Source: Geosiphon pyriformis uo1
Lineage: Eukaryota; Fungi; Glomeromycota
Assembly (NCBI GenBank): GCA_016748015.1
Contig: JAAOMT010000741.1
Span: 496,001-560,000 of the forward strand
DNA: 64,000 nucleotides
Direction: 5' to 3'
Part shown: positions 30,197 through 42,008 of the stretch, in pieces
Layout of the letters: each line of letters opens with the position of its first letter
How positions within the stretch are numbered: position 1 is the stretch's first letter
Translations under genes and position numbers: made by a program
Notes under the pieces: model-generated
Databases searched by the model: none
What the model was told of the DNA's origin: nothing
The model's input: the letters and a program-made list of their open reading frames with translations, nothing else

Positions 30197-30918
30197 TCAT
30201 CTTCTCCAAAGAGATTGAGCTCCGGTGAAATCAAGCTATTTATAGGGTATTCTAATTGAACAGTTTTGTCTAACTCAAAACTAACTAGTTTGTTGAAGTC
30301 TTTTGTGGATAGAGTGTATAGTACTTGAGGCAAAATAAGCTTTGTATCCAAGAGACCAAATCTTTGTATAAGAGTTTTGGCTCTTTTTGCAATAATCAAA
30401 ACTCTTGGGACATCTAAATATATAATGCCCAAAATTTTCACTTGTATCTCTAAAGTTGTTTTTTTCATGAGCTTCATTTCTTCTATGATTTCACCAAGAC
30501 AACCATAGAATTCTAGTTGCCTTCCATATGACAAGTTTTTGTCTATGGGCAAGATTTCCTTAATCGTTTTTCCAATTGTTATGGAAAGTGTAAGTATTGC
30601 TGCTGTTATGCTTTCCAGCAAATACTTATCCATTTTGCTACCAATTTTTTCTCTTCTGGTAGTGGTTTTCTTTGGTCTAATAACAGTATGTGTTCTACTG
30701 TTATCAGTTATGGTGGTTTGTTTTCCAATAGTCAGAGTAGCATTTGGATAATTTTTGATCCAGTACTCATAGAGAGTGTAGAAAGCGTTTTGAATGTTTT
30801 GATCTAGAAAATAATTGTTTATGTCAATTGAAGATACCTCTGTTTTGGGAATGGTGCATTTATTTATATTTGATTTTTGTTGATCATTTGGGTTGGTATT
30901 ATCACAACAAATAACTAA
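30166..30918 (-). CDS. Extra ORF downstream of integrase (env position), unknown function
   Basis: Stop-free frame of about 250 codons whose only in-frame ATG is at 30633. It ends inside the 3' LTR. Confidence 0.5.
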   Translation of the reverse strand, partial: LVICCDNTNPNDQQKSNINKCTIPKTEVSSIDINNYFLDQNIQNAFYTLYEYWIKNYPNATLTIGKQTTITDNSRTHTVIRPKKTTTRREKIGSKMDKYLLESITAAILTLSITIGKTIKEILPIDKNLSYGRQLEFYGCLGEIIEEMKLMKKTTLEIQVKILGIIYLDVPRVLIIAKRAKTLIQRFGLLDTKLILPQVLYTLSTKDFNKLVSFELDKTVQLEYPINSLISPELNLFGEDDVTVETHNFY

Positions 30919-33900
30919 TCAGGTCGTTTGTGATATTTCTTGAGTCATGTGCCATGAACAGGGCAATCATTGAAGATTGTTCTATATTGATCTTGTAAGA
31001 TATAAGAACTATTGTTCAAAACTTTGTTAACTATAAAGAGTCCTTTCTACCGGCTAGAGAATTTATTACTATAGATATTGTCTCTGTCTGAATGGTATTC
31101 TAAAACTAAGTCACCAACACTTAAGGAAAGTGTTTTATATGTTTTTTTTTTCTTAAGCTTCTCTTGGAATTGTTTTATCTTTTCAAAGACAATTATCTGT
31201 GCTTCTACTAATAAGTCAAGAATGGTACTAAGTCTTTTTTGCAAAATGTCTTTGTAATTCCCTATTGTTATTTTTTCAAAAGATATTGTCTCAATGTCAG
31301 TTTTTATTGGTAGGATTGCCATTTATTCATAGAGTAGATAAAAGGATTCATAACTTGTTATGTCATGATTCACAGTTCTATAAGCAAACAAAGCTGAAGG
31401 CAGTACTTTGTCTCATAAGTTTGTTTTTTCGCTGGTTTTGGCTAGGGTTTCACATAGTGTTCTATTGAAATGTTCCACTAGGCCATTTGTTTGGGAGTAA
31501 TAAGGAGAGAAAAGTTTGTGACATATTTCCATTTTTCTGCAAAGTTCTTCAACAAGTGTACTAAGAAAAGCTCTTTCTCTATCAAATAAAAGTTCTTTGG
31601 AGCAGCCATGGTAACAAATGATATCTTCATAAATAAAATTGACTATTAAAACTGCTGTTTGGTCTGGAATAGCTCTTGCTTCTACCCACTTTGTAAGATA
31701 GTCAGTAGCTGTAATAATGTATCTGTTGCCATCAGGAGTTATTGTTAAAGGTCCAACAACATCTATACCAATTCTGTCAAAGGGTTGACCAACAGAGATT
31801 AGATGGATATCTTTTTTGTGATTGGGTTTTCCTCTTTTTTGGCAGATATTACAGATTTTGATGTATTCAGCAATGTTTTTTCCCAAGGTAGGCCAATAAT
31901 AGCGAGCTAGAGTTTTCTGAATTGTTTTTGTTTTTCCAAAGTGTCCAGCTAATGGATCAATGTACATATTGTAGATCACAATTTCTTTTTCTTCAAATCT
32001 GATGACTCTCTGGAAGCGGTCAAGATCATTTCTATTTCTTTTATAAAGTTGGTTTTGGCAAATCAAATAGAAATTTGATTGTTTGCACAAATGTTCTTTT
32101 TGTTGTCATGTGTATTTTGGTGGGTATTGTCCTTTACCCAAAAATTCTATTAAGGCAGAGTAGTTGTCCAAGTCTATTATTGTGTTTGTCAAAAAAGGGG
32201 GAATTATTAATAATTAAGTTGGTTTGGTTTAAGAAGGTTGTTCTGTTACTGGATGGTAAGTCTGGAGAGAGCATCAGTGTTTTGATGATTAGCTTCTTTG
32301 TAATATTGAATATCATAGTCAAATTCATTCAAGTGGAGTATCCAGTGAGTTATCCATTTGTGTTCTAGCCTCTTTTTGTTGTGCAGCCAAACCAAAGCTT
32401 GGTAATCTGTTACCACCAAAAACTTCATACCAAGAAGATACTTACTTCAGTAACTGGTGGACCATACTACTGCTAAGCATTCTTGTTCAGTAACTGAATA
32501 GTTCTGTTCTGTTGAGAAAAGGGTTCTACTAACATAGGCTATGGCATGTTCTTTGCCATCTTCATCTTTCTGGGAGAGAACAGCACCAAGTCCAAAGCCA
32601 GATGCATCAGTATGGAGGATAAAGGGTCGATCTAGATCAGATTGCTTAAGGATGGGTTCTGTAACCAGTTTTTCCTTTAAAGTTTCAAAGGCTTTTTGCT
32701 GATGTGTTCTCCAATAGTAATTGACATTTTTCCTGAGTAGCTGATTGAGAGGAGAGGTGATTTTAGAGAAATCCTTAACAAATTTGTGATAATAAGAGAC
32801 CAAACCAAGAAAAGAGCATAGTTTATAAATGTTCATTGGTTGTTTAATGTTTTGAACTTTTTCAACTTTGGCTGGGTCAGAAAAGATTCCATCTTTTGTG
32901 ATAAAATGACCAAGGAACTGGGTGGATTGTCTTCCAAAGAAAGATTTGATTGGGTTGATCTTGAGGCCAGCATTTCTGAGGAGGTCAAAAACCTTTTGCA
33001 AATGTTCCAGATGTTCATTCCAGGTTTTTGAGTATACTATTATGTCGTCCAAATAGACTAGAACAAAGTTTTCTTTGACTGATTCAAATACTTTATCCAT
33101 TAAGCATTGGAAGATGGGAGGGGCATTGGTAAGACCAAAAGGCATGACTGTGAATTTATAGATGCCATACTTGGTGATGAAGGCAGTTTTCTTTCTGCTT
33201 TCTGGATCCATCTTTACTTGCCAAAATCTAGTAGTTAAGTCAATGGTTGAAAAGAAAGCAGCATCTTTGAATTGGTCTAACATTGCATTAATCTTGAGAA
33301 GTAGGTACATGTCTCTTTCAGTGATGGCATTTAATTGACAATAGTTGACACAAAAGCATAGTGTTCCACCTTTCTTAGATATTATTACAACTGGGAAAGC
33401 CTATTCACTCTTGGTTTCTTGTATGAATCCAAGTTCTTTCATCTGGTTTATCTCTTTCTTGATAAACTCATCATTGTGCTGATTGGATTGATAAGGCTTC
33501 AAATGAATGGGTTGAGTTTCTCTGGTGGTGATGGTGTGTTGTATCACATGAGTACATCCAGGGGTATCACCTTCTTTGGAGATAACTGGGCTATTTCTAG
33601 CCAGCAAATTTTCAATGTCTATTTTTTTTTTCTAAGGAGGGTTCTTTTTGTTCTACAGCCAGTGATTGGATCTCAAGTGGTTCATTCTCAAAAGACTTCT
33701 GTATTTCTTTCAATTCTTCTCTGGGTATCAAACTGATTGGTTCCCAATCTCTGTAATAGATCAGGCATGATTTGCATTCATCATTTGAAGAATACAAGAG
33801 TTTGTTGCACCAACACCAGGCACAAGGACCATGCCACCAAAAACTGTATTTGGCTTTTTTGCCAGGTTTTCTTTCAAAGGTTCTTTTAAGAATATCATAA

Positions 33901-34700
33901 TAAGACCAGCAAATCAGCTTGCCATTTACAATGATTCTTTTTTTATCTGCTTTAACATTGTCCAGTGGTTTGCCATTGCTGGTAAAGGTGGTATAGGCGA
34001 GTTCAACAGTTTCTTCTTGCTCTTTTTGTTCTTCTTCTTCATCGCTCTCTTCATTATCTGATTCATCTGATTATTCTTCTTCTTGGTTTTGTTTGGGTAC
34101 TGAGAAAGTTGTCTAATGACAACACTTAACCACAATGGGTTTCTCACCACATCTGATGGTTAATTCACAAAGTTCATAATCAAGCAAAGCTTTTGCTTTC
34201 TTGAGTCATTCATTGCCAACAATAATAGTGTATTTCTTGGCTTCAGAAACTTTCATGTCAGTTTTAATGCTGATTCCATTGATGCGGACAGGAACAGTTT
34301 TGGCAATACCCAGTTCTTTCTTTTTGTCACTATGTATGTTGGTCATTGGTCTGGTAGAAGGTTCATTAATCTTTCTACCAATTGCTTTTAAGAAGTGTTT
34401 GGCAATGACACTAACAGATGATCTACTGTTCAGAATTAAGTCAATAAAGTATCCAGCCACTTGGGCTTTACAAATCAGAGGGGTGACATTGCTGTTGTCA
34501 GCAAGTCCAATTTGGCGAGGGCACTTGTTAGTTTTTGGTGTCTTTTTTTTTGGAATCAAGGATTTGCAAAGATCCTTTCTGAACTGTAGATGGGTCATTA
34601 ACTGGCCAAAAGTAATATGTGCTGGAGTTTCTATGAGATCTTTGACAATGGAATAGGGTCCAGATTTTTGTATAATTTCTGGGAATTCTAACTTTGGAGG
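30915..34700 (-). pseudogene. gypsy pol: protease, RT, RNase H, integrase
   Basis: LILNSRSSVS (degenerate DSG), MPFGLTNAP, VYLDD, LHTDASGFGLGAVL, GHFG..C..C, RIGIDVVGP, QTNGLVE. Confidence 0.95.
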
Positions 34701-34999
34701 ATTCTTAAAAATTTTAGCCTTTGGTGGTTCATTGTTATCAGCAGCAGAAGTTGAAGCTTTGTTGGGATCTAAAACGAAATCAATCTTGGCTTTTTTCTTC
34801 TTTCTGGTTGGTTCTGAGATGTTAATTGCTAGTTTATCTATGTCATGGTCATTATCAGTTAAGTTAAAAGTGTAAAAGGGGTTTTCTTCTGATTGGCTTG
34901 TACTCTCACCCTTTGGAGGTGTGCCTACCAGTTTAAAGGCTAATAAACAGTGGCTTCAACTAGGGGATTCTCTCCAAAGAAATTGATGTTGGCATGATT

Positions 35000-36481
35000 G
35001 GGTCTTTGATTGGGAACATTGTTGTTGTTGTTGAATCTGTTGTTTTGGTTGTTATTGTTTCTGGAAGCTGGAGGAGGCAGTAGAGGATTGTTACAATCTC
35101 TTGAATAATGTCTAGTTAATCCACAATAATAGCATACAGGTGGGCCACAATTTTGCTGTCTTTGATAGGAAGGTTACTGGGGCTGGTTAAAACGAGGTTC
35201 ATATTTAGGTCTTGGTGATTGCTGGTTATCTCTAACTGCTTGTGCCAACAGTTCTAATAACCAGGCAAGGTTAGCTGTAAGTCTATCTATCAATTGTTTA
35301 TTTGGGTCTTGGGTTTGGACAGCAAAAGAAGTAGCAGCTACTTGAGGAGCAGGGGCCATGACAGGAGCAGGAGCAAAAACTGGAAGTGTGGATCTCAGAT
35401 GCATCCTTTGGTTATTTTCAATCCTTTGGGCAAGTTTAATAGCCATATCCATTGTAGGGTTGTCTTTCAGAGCCAAGAAAGACCAAAGAGCATAAGATAA
35501 GTCAGTTCTCAATCTTTTTGTAAAGGAGTGAATCTTTTGTTCTTTTGTCCAGTTCCTTCCAGAGTCTACTCGCTTGATTAACTTTCTGATTGCTTTGGCA
35601 TATTTGGTTACAACTTCACCAGGACCTTGGGTTCTTCTTTCCAGTTCTATGCACCATTTAGATATTAAGATTGGGATTTTGAACTTGTTTTCAAACCAGG
35701 TAGTGAAAAAGGTATTGTTTTTTCCTGCATCTGCTGGTGTCCATCTGATAATTCTGTGCTGGACATTGGCATTGGTTTCTTGTGAAAACCATGTGGCAGA
35801 AGAGTCTTGAAAGTAGCCACCAATGATTTGGAACTTGTACTCATTATCATATTGGTTGGCAGTAGCTGCTCTTTCAAAATTGTCTAACCATTCAATTGGA
35901 TCTTGTGCATCATCTCTGAATAATAGTAATGGGGTGTTGTTTCTTTACCTCAAAGCAGTTTGTATGCCTTGGAGGGTGGCTAAGATGTTTGCTTGCATTG
36001 GATCTTGGGCCATTGGTTCAGGAGTTACTGTTTGAGTGAAATGATCTGAATTACTTGGGAAGAAATTAAAAATAGGAGTGGTTTGGTAACTTTCTTTTTC
36101 TGTTTCAAAAGGAGTTTCAGCTGATTGATGGGCAGCAATCCAGATGTGAATTTGGTAATTTAGATATTCGAATTCAGAAGGTTGTTGTTCAAAGGTTGCT
36201 GAATATAAGAGCTGATTTATATTGTTGTTTTTTTCTTTAAAGTTGTTTTTAAAGTAAGCTTGGTCAAAGTAATAGATTGTGTAGGCTGTATAGGTTTTAG
36301 CTGAATGCTCATTCAGGAACCAGTTCCAAAAGTCTTGAAATTGTCTGCTGGATTGTTTTTCAATGAGAAAGCAGATCAAGCAGGAGGGCAGAGGATTAAG
36401 TTCAATGAAATCTAGGTTGTTTCTGTTGTGTGCTACAAAGTGTTCTTCTGATTGCTGTGGCAGATATGAGTAATCACCCAT
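35000..36481 (-). pseudogene. gypsy gag remnant with CCHC zinc knuckle
   Basis: AQDPIEWLDNFERAATAN capsid-like segment. CYYCGLTRHYSRDC at ~35090-35140. Confidence 0.85.
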
Positions 36482-36510
36482 ACAATAAGGGAATAAATGA
36501 ATTTTGACAA

Positions 36511-36527
36511 CCTCACAGGAAGCACCA
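36511..36527 (-). other. Primer-binding site, tRNA-Ile(UAU)-type
   Basis: TGGTGCTTCCTGTGAGG lies 6 nt inside the 5' LTR. Its complement CCTCACAGGAAGCACCA resembles the 3' end of eukaryotic tRNA-Ile(UAU) (CCTCAC..GAGCACCA). Confidence 0.7.
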
Positions 36528-36533
36528 CTTTTA

Positions 36534-37187
36534 TGTTATGGGTTGGAGTAACAAGCTAATAGATAACAAAGGAGAACAGGATTGTAAGGTGATGGAAATA
36601 ATCAAAGAGGATTCAACTTTAAAGAGTGAATTGAATGAGTATGGATTCAATGTGTGAGATCAGTCTCATAAAATATCTCAGTTGTTATTCTTTTCAAAGG
36701 TAACTGGAGAATCTGAAGGTAGAAAGATAGTCCATACTGTTAACAATTGATCACCACTGGTATAATTCTATGCCTCATGTCAGCACTCTTAGAATTCAAT
36801 ATTAGATATCAACTTGTGCTTTTCAGTCACATTTATTCAAATAATCCTCAAATGCTACAATTATATATGTCAGGAAAAAGCCAACAAGTAATCTTTTATC
36901 CTAAGATGTTTGGATACTTGAAGGTAGAGAAAGGGAAATTAGTGATAAGAAAGTGATTGAGATGAAAGTTGTTATTTTTATTTATTTGATTCTTGTCTGA
37001 GAGATGATTTTCTATAGCTAAGAGACTTATCGCTTATATAGCTATTGAAAGTGATCAATGACCAAGTCAACAGTCAGGTCATTGATCAGGTCAATGATTA
37101 CTATCTAAAAATAGAGTGGCTAATTATATGACATTAGTGACTAATACATGTGATAACTAATAAAAATTATGGGTTTCAACCATAACA
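36534..37187 (-). repeat. 5' LTR (654 bp)
   Basis: Colinear with 29543-30196 and adjacent to the PBS. Confidence 0.97.
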
Positions 37188-40100
37188 ATAGATTTAACTT
37201 TATATAGCTTTAGAATTAATTTATTATTAACTACTTAATAGCCAAGTATTATCTTTCAAAATAGTCAATTTAAAACACTTTTGATTATTTTTTTCTTATT
37301 AGAACAAAAGTTTTTCATATATTTATCTATAGCTTTTTTAATAAAATTATCTCTGATAATTTTAAATTTATAATACTTAGATTTTTAGTAACTTCTCTTA
37401 ATTTTTGACAGATAACATAGAATTCTTTTTAAACTTTTACTATTATCAATTATAATACATATTTTAAAGACTTTTTCTTTATTAATAGTAGACCAAATAT
37501 TAAGAAAGCAATTAGTTTTTAAATCTTGATTTGAATCTAAACTCTTTATAATTTTGGCCACCAAAAATTTCAGCTTGAAAAACTTCAATGATTGTTTATT
37601 CTTTAAACATTTAAACTTATTAAACCAAAATCTAAAAAATATTTTATTGGCAGAACTAATTACTACTTTCTTCAAAATCTCTTAAATAGTATTCAAATTA
37701 CCACAATTTCTTGTACTATTAAATCTAGCCATTTTTTTTGAAAATTTGTCCAATAAATACTCCTTAAACTATAACTACTTATTAACATTAGCATTTTTAA
37801 TTCTAAACTTCCACTTATCTTTATTAGCCTGTTTACAATTATTATTGAAATAGATATCTAAGAGACTACTTAAACCAACTGCAATAGAGACTGCCTTATG
37901 ATTAGTATCAAAAAACTCAGACACAATATCAATTTTATGATTAACAAATATGAAATTTATGACTTTTTTAACATCTTTAAAATTGTTCTAAGTATGAGCT
38001 TTGCCTAATAGATGTCTACTAAATAAGTTAATTAAGCACAAATCTACACAAAACTTAAAACTCACACTTTTTTTCAAACTGTTTTTATTAAAATTTCCAC
38101 CCAAAACCACAAAAGTGTTAGAGTTAACTGTTTTAGCAATAAAAAAATTGATTTCCAAAGCTTGGCCAAACTTAGTTTCAGCAGAAACACCAACATATAA
38201 ACACAAAATTGTAACTGATAGTTTGCCTTTAAACAGAAGACACACTAAAATAACTCAACCAGGAACTTTTTTTACTTTTGAAATATAACAAACCAGAAAA
38301 TTGTTAATAACAATAGCTATTTTAATATTAAGAAAACTTTTGTCTAGACCAGATATAAAAATCCTCATACTATCAAACTTATTCATAATTCACAGCCTAA
38401 TATTAGATCTTAACTTCATTTTTGTAATGATCAAAATTACATTATCCAAATTTATATGTTAATAAACAATATTATCTTATTTGGCAGAAACATTAATACC
38501 TTAAATATTACATATAGCAATTTTTCAGACCAAATCATTTATTGAGATAAAAAAAACATTAAAAAACTTGAGCTAATATACAATTAATTTATTCTTGTCA
38601 AGACCAAACCAACAAAAACTTTAAAGATTACTATTTTAGATTTCAATTTGTTCACCTTAGTAGTTAGAACTTTTGATTAATTCAAACTCAAATCTGAAAC
38701 TGCATTATTTGCAACTAAAAAAAAAAGATGAGTAATACAGATAAATTGTCTAAAACTATATTCAAAACCAATTTTAAATTCAAAAAAACAGATACAGTTA
38801 AAGAAAGAGATTAAGAAATAGATATCAAAGACATCAAATTTATAGCACTTAGTTTTTGCACAATATTTGACACTTGATTAGCCAACAACTCCAAGAAATA
38901 TTCTAAAGAAACCAAGTAGGTACCAATAGATAAATTATTTTAAATAACTACAAAATTTTTTTTAATACATAATATACCAAAAAAAGGTGATTTAAAACCA
39001 GAACCAGAGTAAGTATTGTTAAAAGAGACAGCAAGTGAAACTATTTATGTTCGAATTTGTTACTAAAGACAGCAGAATAAAAAATAAAAACACTTTTCTT
39101 AATATACAATCTAGCCAGTTGAAGGCAATTTTCTTTTAAAGCAATTCTTTTATAAGTTTTTGGTAAAAACAAAACACTTGTATTTAATATATTATATTCT
39201 AAGACTGAATGTCTAAAATACTTATACTTCTTACACCAAACCAAATCTAATTTGGTTCAAAAAAGTTTTATATTACCAAAAATTGGCTCTATGCAAAAAA
39301 CAGATTTCAAATTATTTTTTATATCAAAGTCAATTACAATACAATAAATTTTATTGCCAGTTTTAAATGATTAATTGATAATACAAATTTTTTTATCAGC
39401 TCTTTTCAATAAAGTGCCCAGATTATAAGCTGTTATTTCCACAAGTAAGATAAACAAAAGCACTCTAAAACAATTTTTAGACATTTAAGTTTTGCGATTT
39501 TTTACAGTTTTAGCTACATGTATTAAATCTTTCTCAATTAAGAATAAATATCTGACTGCCAACTGCTTAGTCTAATTTGATTTAGCAAATTTCATCAGAC
39601 TTCTATCACAGTCTAATTAGTTGTAATTAAATCAACACTATCTTATTAAACTTAACTACTGCAGTAATAATTATTTTTTTTGACATATTTATGAGAATTT
39701 TTTTAATTATTACAGTCCAATTTAACCTAATTTTTTGTCTTTTAAGATTATTATTTAATTTAATTTCTTTTTCTATAGCCAATAACACAGTCTTTTCTAT
39801 GTTTTTCTTTGATGTAAATATAGATTTAATGATTTCTTTAAATTTTAAGAAAGTAGTGGCCTTCCCAAAACCATTAATTGCCAAAAAAAAATTTCTAATG
39901 AGCTGAATTTTTGCTGTTGCTGATTTTTTTTTTACAGCCAATAAATTAATATCCAATATAAAGAATTTCTTAACAGCCATCTCAATCTGAATTTTTACTA
40001 TTTTAAAATTAACTTATTTTTTGTTAAGAGAAATATTAAGAGAAGAGAAAAAAAAACCTATATCTTTATTTATTTTAAAGTTGATTATATCAATAAAAGA

Positions 40101-40794
40101 GCTACTATTCAAATTTGTATTAACTCTTTTAGTTTTAGAAGTTATTGTAGTCAAAACAAAAAGAAAACCACTATCTAAATTTATTATAATATTATTAATC
40201 TTACTGTCATTAAACTTACTATTTATATCTGAATACATGCCATTATTAATACCAAATTTGACCAAAAAAATTTTTTTTTATTTTTAAAATACTTAATATT
40301 ATCAACAGAGACCTTTTTTCTTTGAAAAAAAGTACTATTAATAAGACCATAAAGAGCATCCTTGAAAGTCTTCTTCTTTAACATATTACTACTTATAGCA
40401 GCTTTCAGATTTATTACAAAAAGATTATTAGCTTAAGAAATATTGAAAGTAATATAAGCAAAAAGATAAAAACAAAACTTTTTTTTTGAAAAATAGTTTT
40501 TTAGAGAATTTGAACATAGAAGAAAAAAAAGTTTTAATTTTATTAAAATAGAATATAATAAAATATATTAAATATATATATAAGCTTTATTTTTTGTTAT
40601 TTATTATTAACAAAAATTTTTAAAATAAAAAATATAATAACAAATTTAAAGTTAAAATTTTTTATTAAATTATTTTCTAAATTATTTATATTATTAAATA
40701 TTTTCAGTTTTTAAAAAATTAAAAAATTTAAATATGTTTAAAAAAACTATTAATAATTATATAATATTATGTTTTATTTTGTTATGTTTTATTT

Positions 40795-41240
40795 TTTTTT
40801 GTTTTGTTTTGTTTTATTAAAAACTTTTAAAAAAATTTGTATTAGTTTATACAAAATTTATTAATTAAAATATTATTTATATATATAACTTAAAAATATA
40901 TTTTAAAAAATAATATAAATTATTAATTAATTTTAATTGTTTTAAAACAATTTAATATTTATAATTTTAATATTTAATATATAATAAAATATTTTAAATA
41001 TTACAAATATATTAATTATTTATTAATTATTTATTAAAATGTAATAATTTTTATTTACATTATGTAATATGTTTTTTAAAAATATTTTAATATATAATTA
41101 CTTTAAAACAAATTAATTAAAATAAACAAAATATATATGTATTTTATTATTTTATTTATAAAACCATTAAATTTAATTTTTTATAAAAAATCAAAATAAT
41201 TTTATTTAACAATAAATTTTATAAATAAAAATAAAATTTT
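40795..41240 (-). repeat. Dispersed AT-rich repeat, copy 2 (inverted relative to 19255-19680)
   Basis: Several colinear reverse-complement blocks of 20-50 bp. Confidence 0.85.
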
Positions 41241-42008
41241 TTTTGTTTAATATCATAATTAATATGATATTATTTTATAAATTTTGTTATATGTATGATT
41301 TAATCATGGTATTTAGTTACATTTGTAAATTATTAAGAATTAAGATAAATAATAATGAAAATAATTGAATGAAATATTGAGCAATGTAAACTAAATAATA
41401 AAAATTTAAAGATTATTTTTGATGGCTTACCAAAGAGGAACTTTTGAGAAGAAAAATTAGCCGTTTATGAAAGTTCATTATTAATTAGGTGTTTAAAGGA
41501 CAAAGCACCTTTAACCTTAGATTCTTTTTTCCGGGCTCTGATGTAGGCCAAATACTATTTCATAAATGTTTCATCTTTTCGTGAATACGGTGAGAATTAA
41601 CTTCGTTTATAATTTTCTTTTCTTGGCATGTTCGTTAAAATTCTAATTAACCTTTCGATATCTTGAAAAAAAGATCACAATTCTTGAACTTCCATCTAGT
41701 GCACGCTTAATAACATTCCGATATAAACGTTGAAGAATATTATATGAAGTCTGAAAACCCATGATTTCAGGGCAATTCTTTTTTCTATCTGGTACACCTT
41801 CCTAGAAAGTGCGATTTGCAATTCAAATTTCGATTGAAAAGTTAACGACTCTTCACACGATGTCAAGCTGCTCTCATCACCAAAAATAATCTCAGGCCAA
41901 TCAACCATTTATAATTCAAGCTCAGGCTAGTCTTTCGTCAAAGTGACCTGCAAAATGAAAAACCAGGATCCTGGGCGTGAAGCGTAAATCTCCCCGAGGC
42001 ACCAGTGA

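Larger units (their letters stand above)
29543..37187 (-). mobile_element. Full-length Ty3/gypsy LTR retrotransposon, inactivated by stops and frameshifts
   Basis: Paired 654-bp LTRs (TGTTA...TAACA), 4-bp TSD ATAG at 29539-29542 and 37188-37191, domain order gag-PR-RT-RH-IN. Confidence 0.97.
26160..40530 (-). mobile_element. Decayed non-LTR retrotransposon (LINE; ORF1 + EN-RT-RNase H ORF2), split by a gypsy insertion at 29543-37187
   Basis: ORF1 remnant from ~40384 (FILDINLLAVKKKSATAKIQLIR). AP-endonuclease remnants at ~38.0-38.5 kb (VVLGGNFN). RT remnants at ~28.6-29.5 kb (TNTRPIILIK). RNase H remnants at ~27.2-27.6 kb (VYTD*SVK, MELQTIALVLNC, KVKNHSGV). (TAA)n tail near 26160-26185. Many stops. 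Confidence 0.9.
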
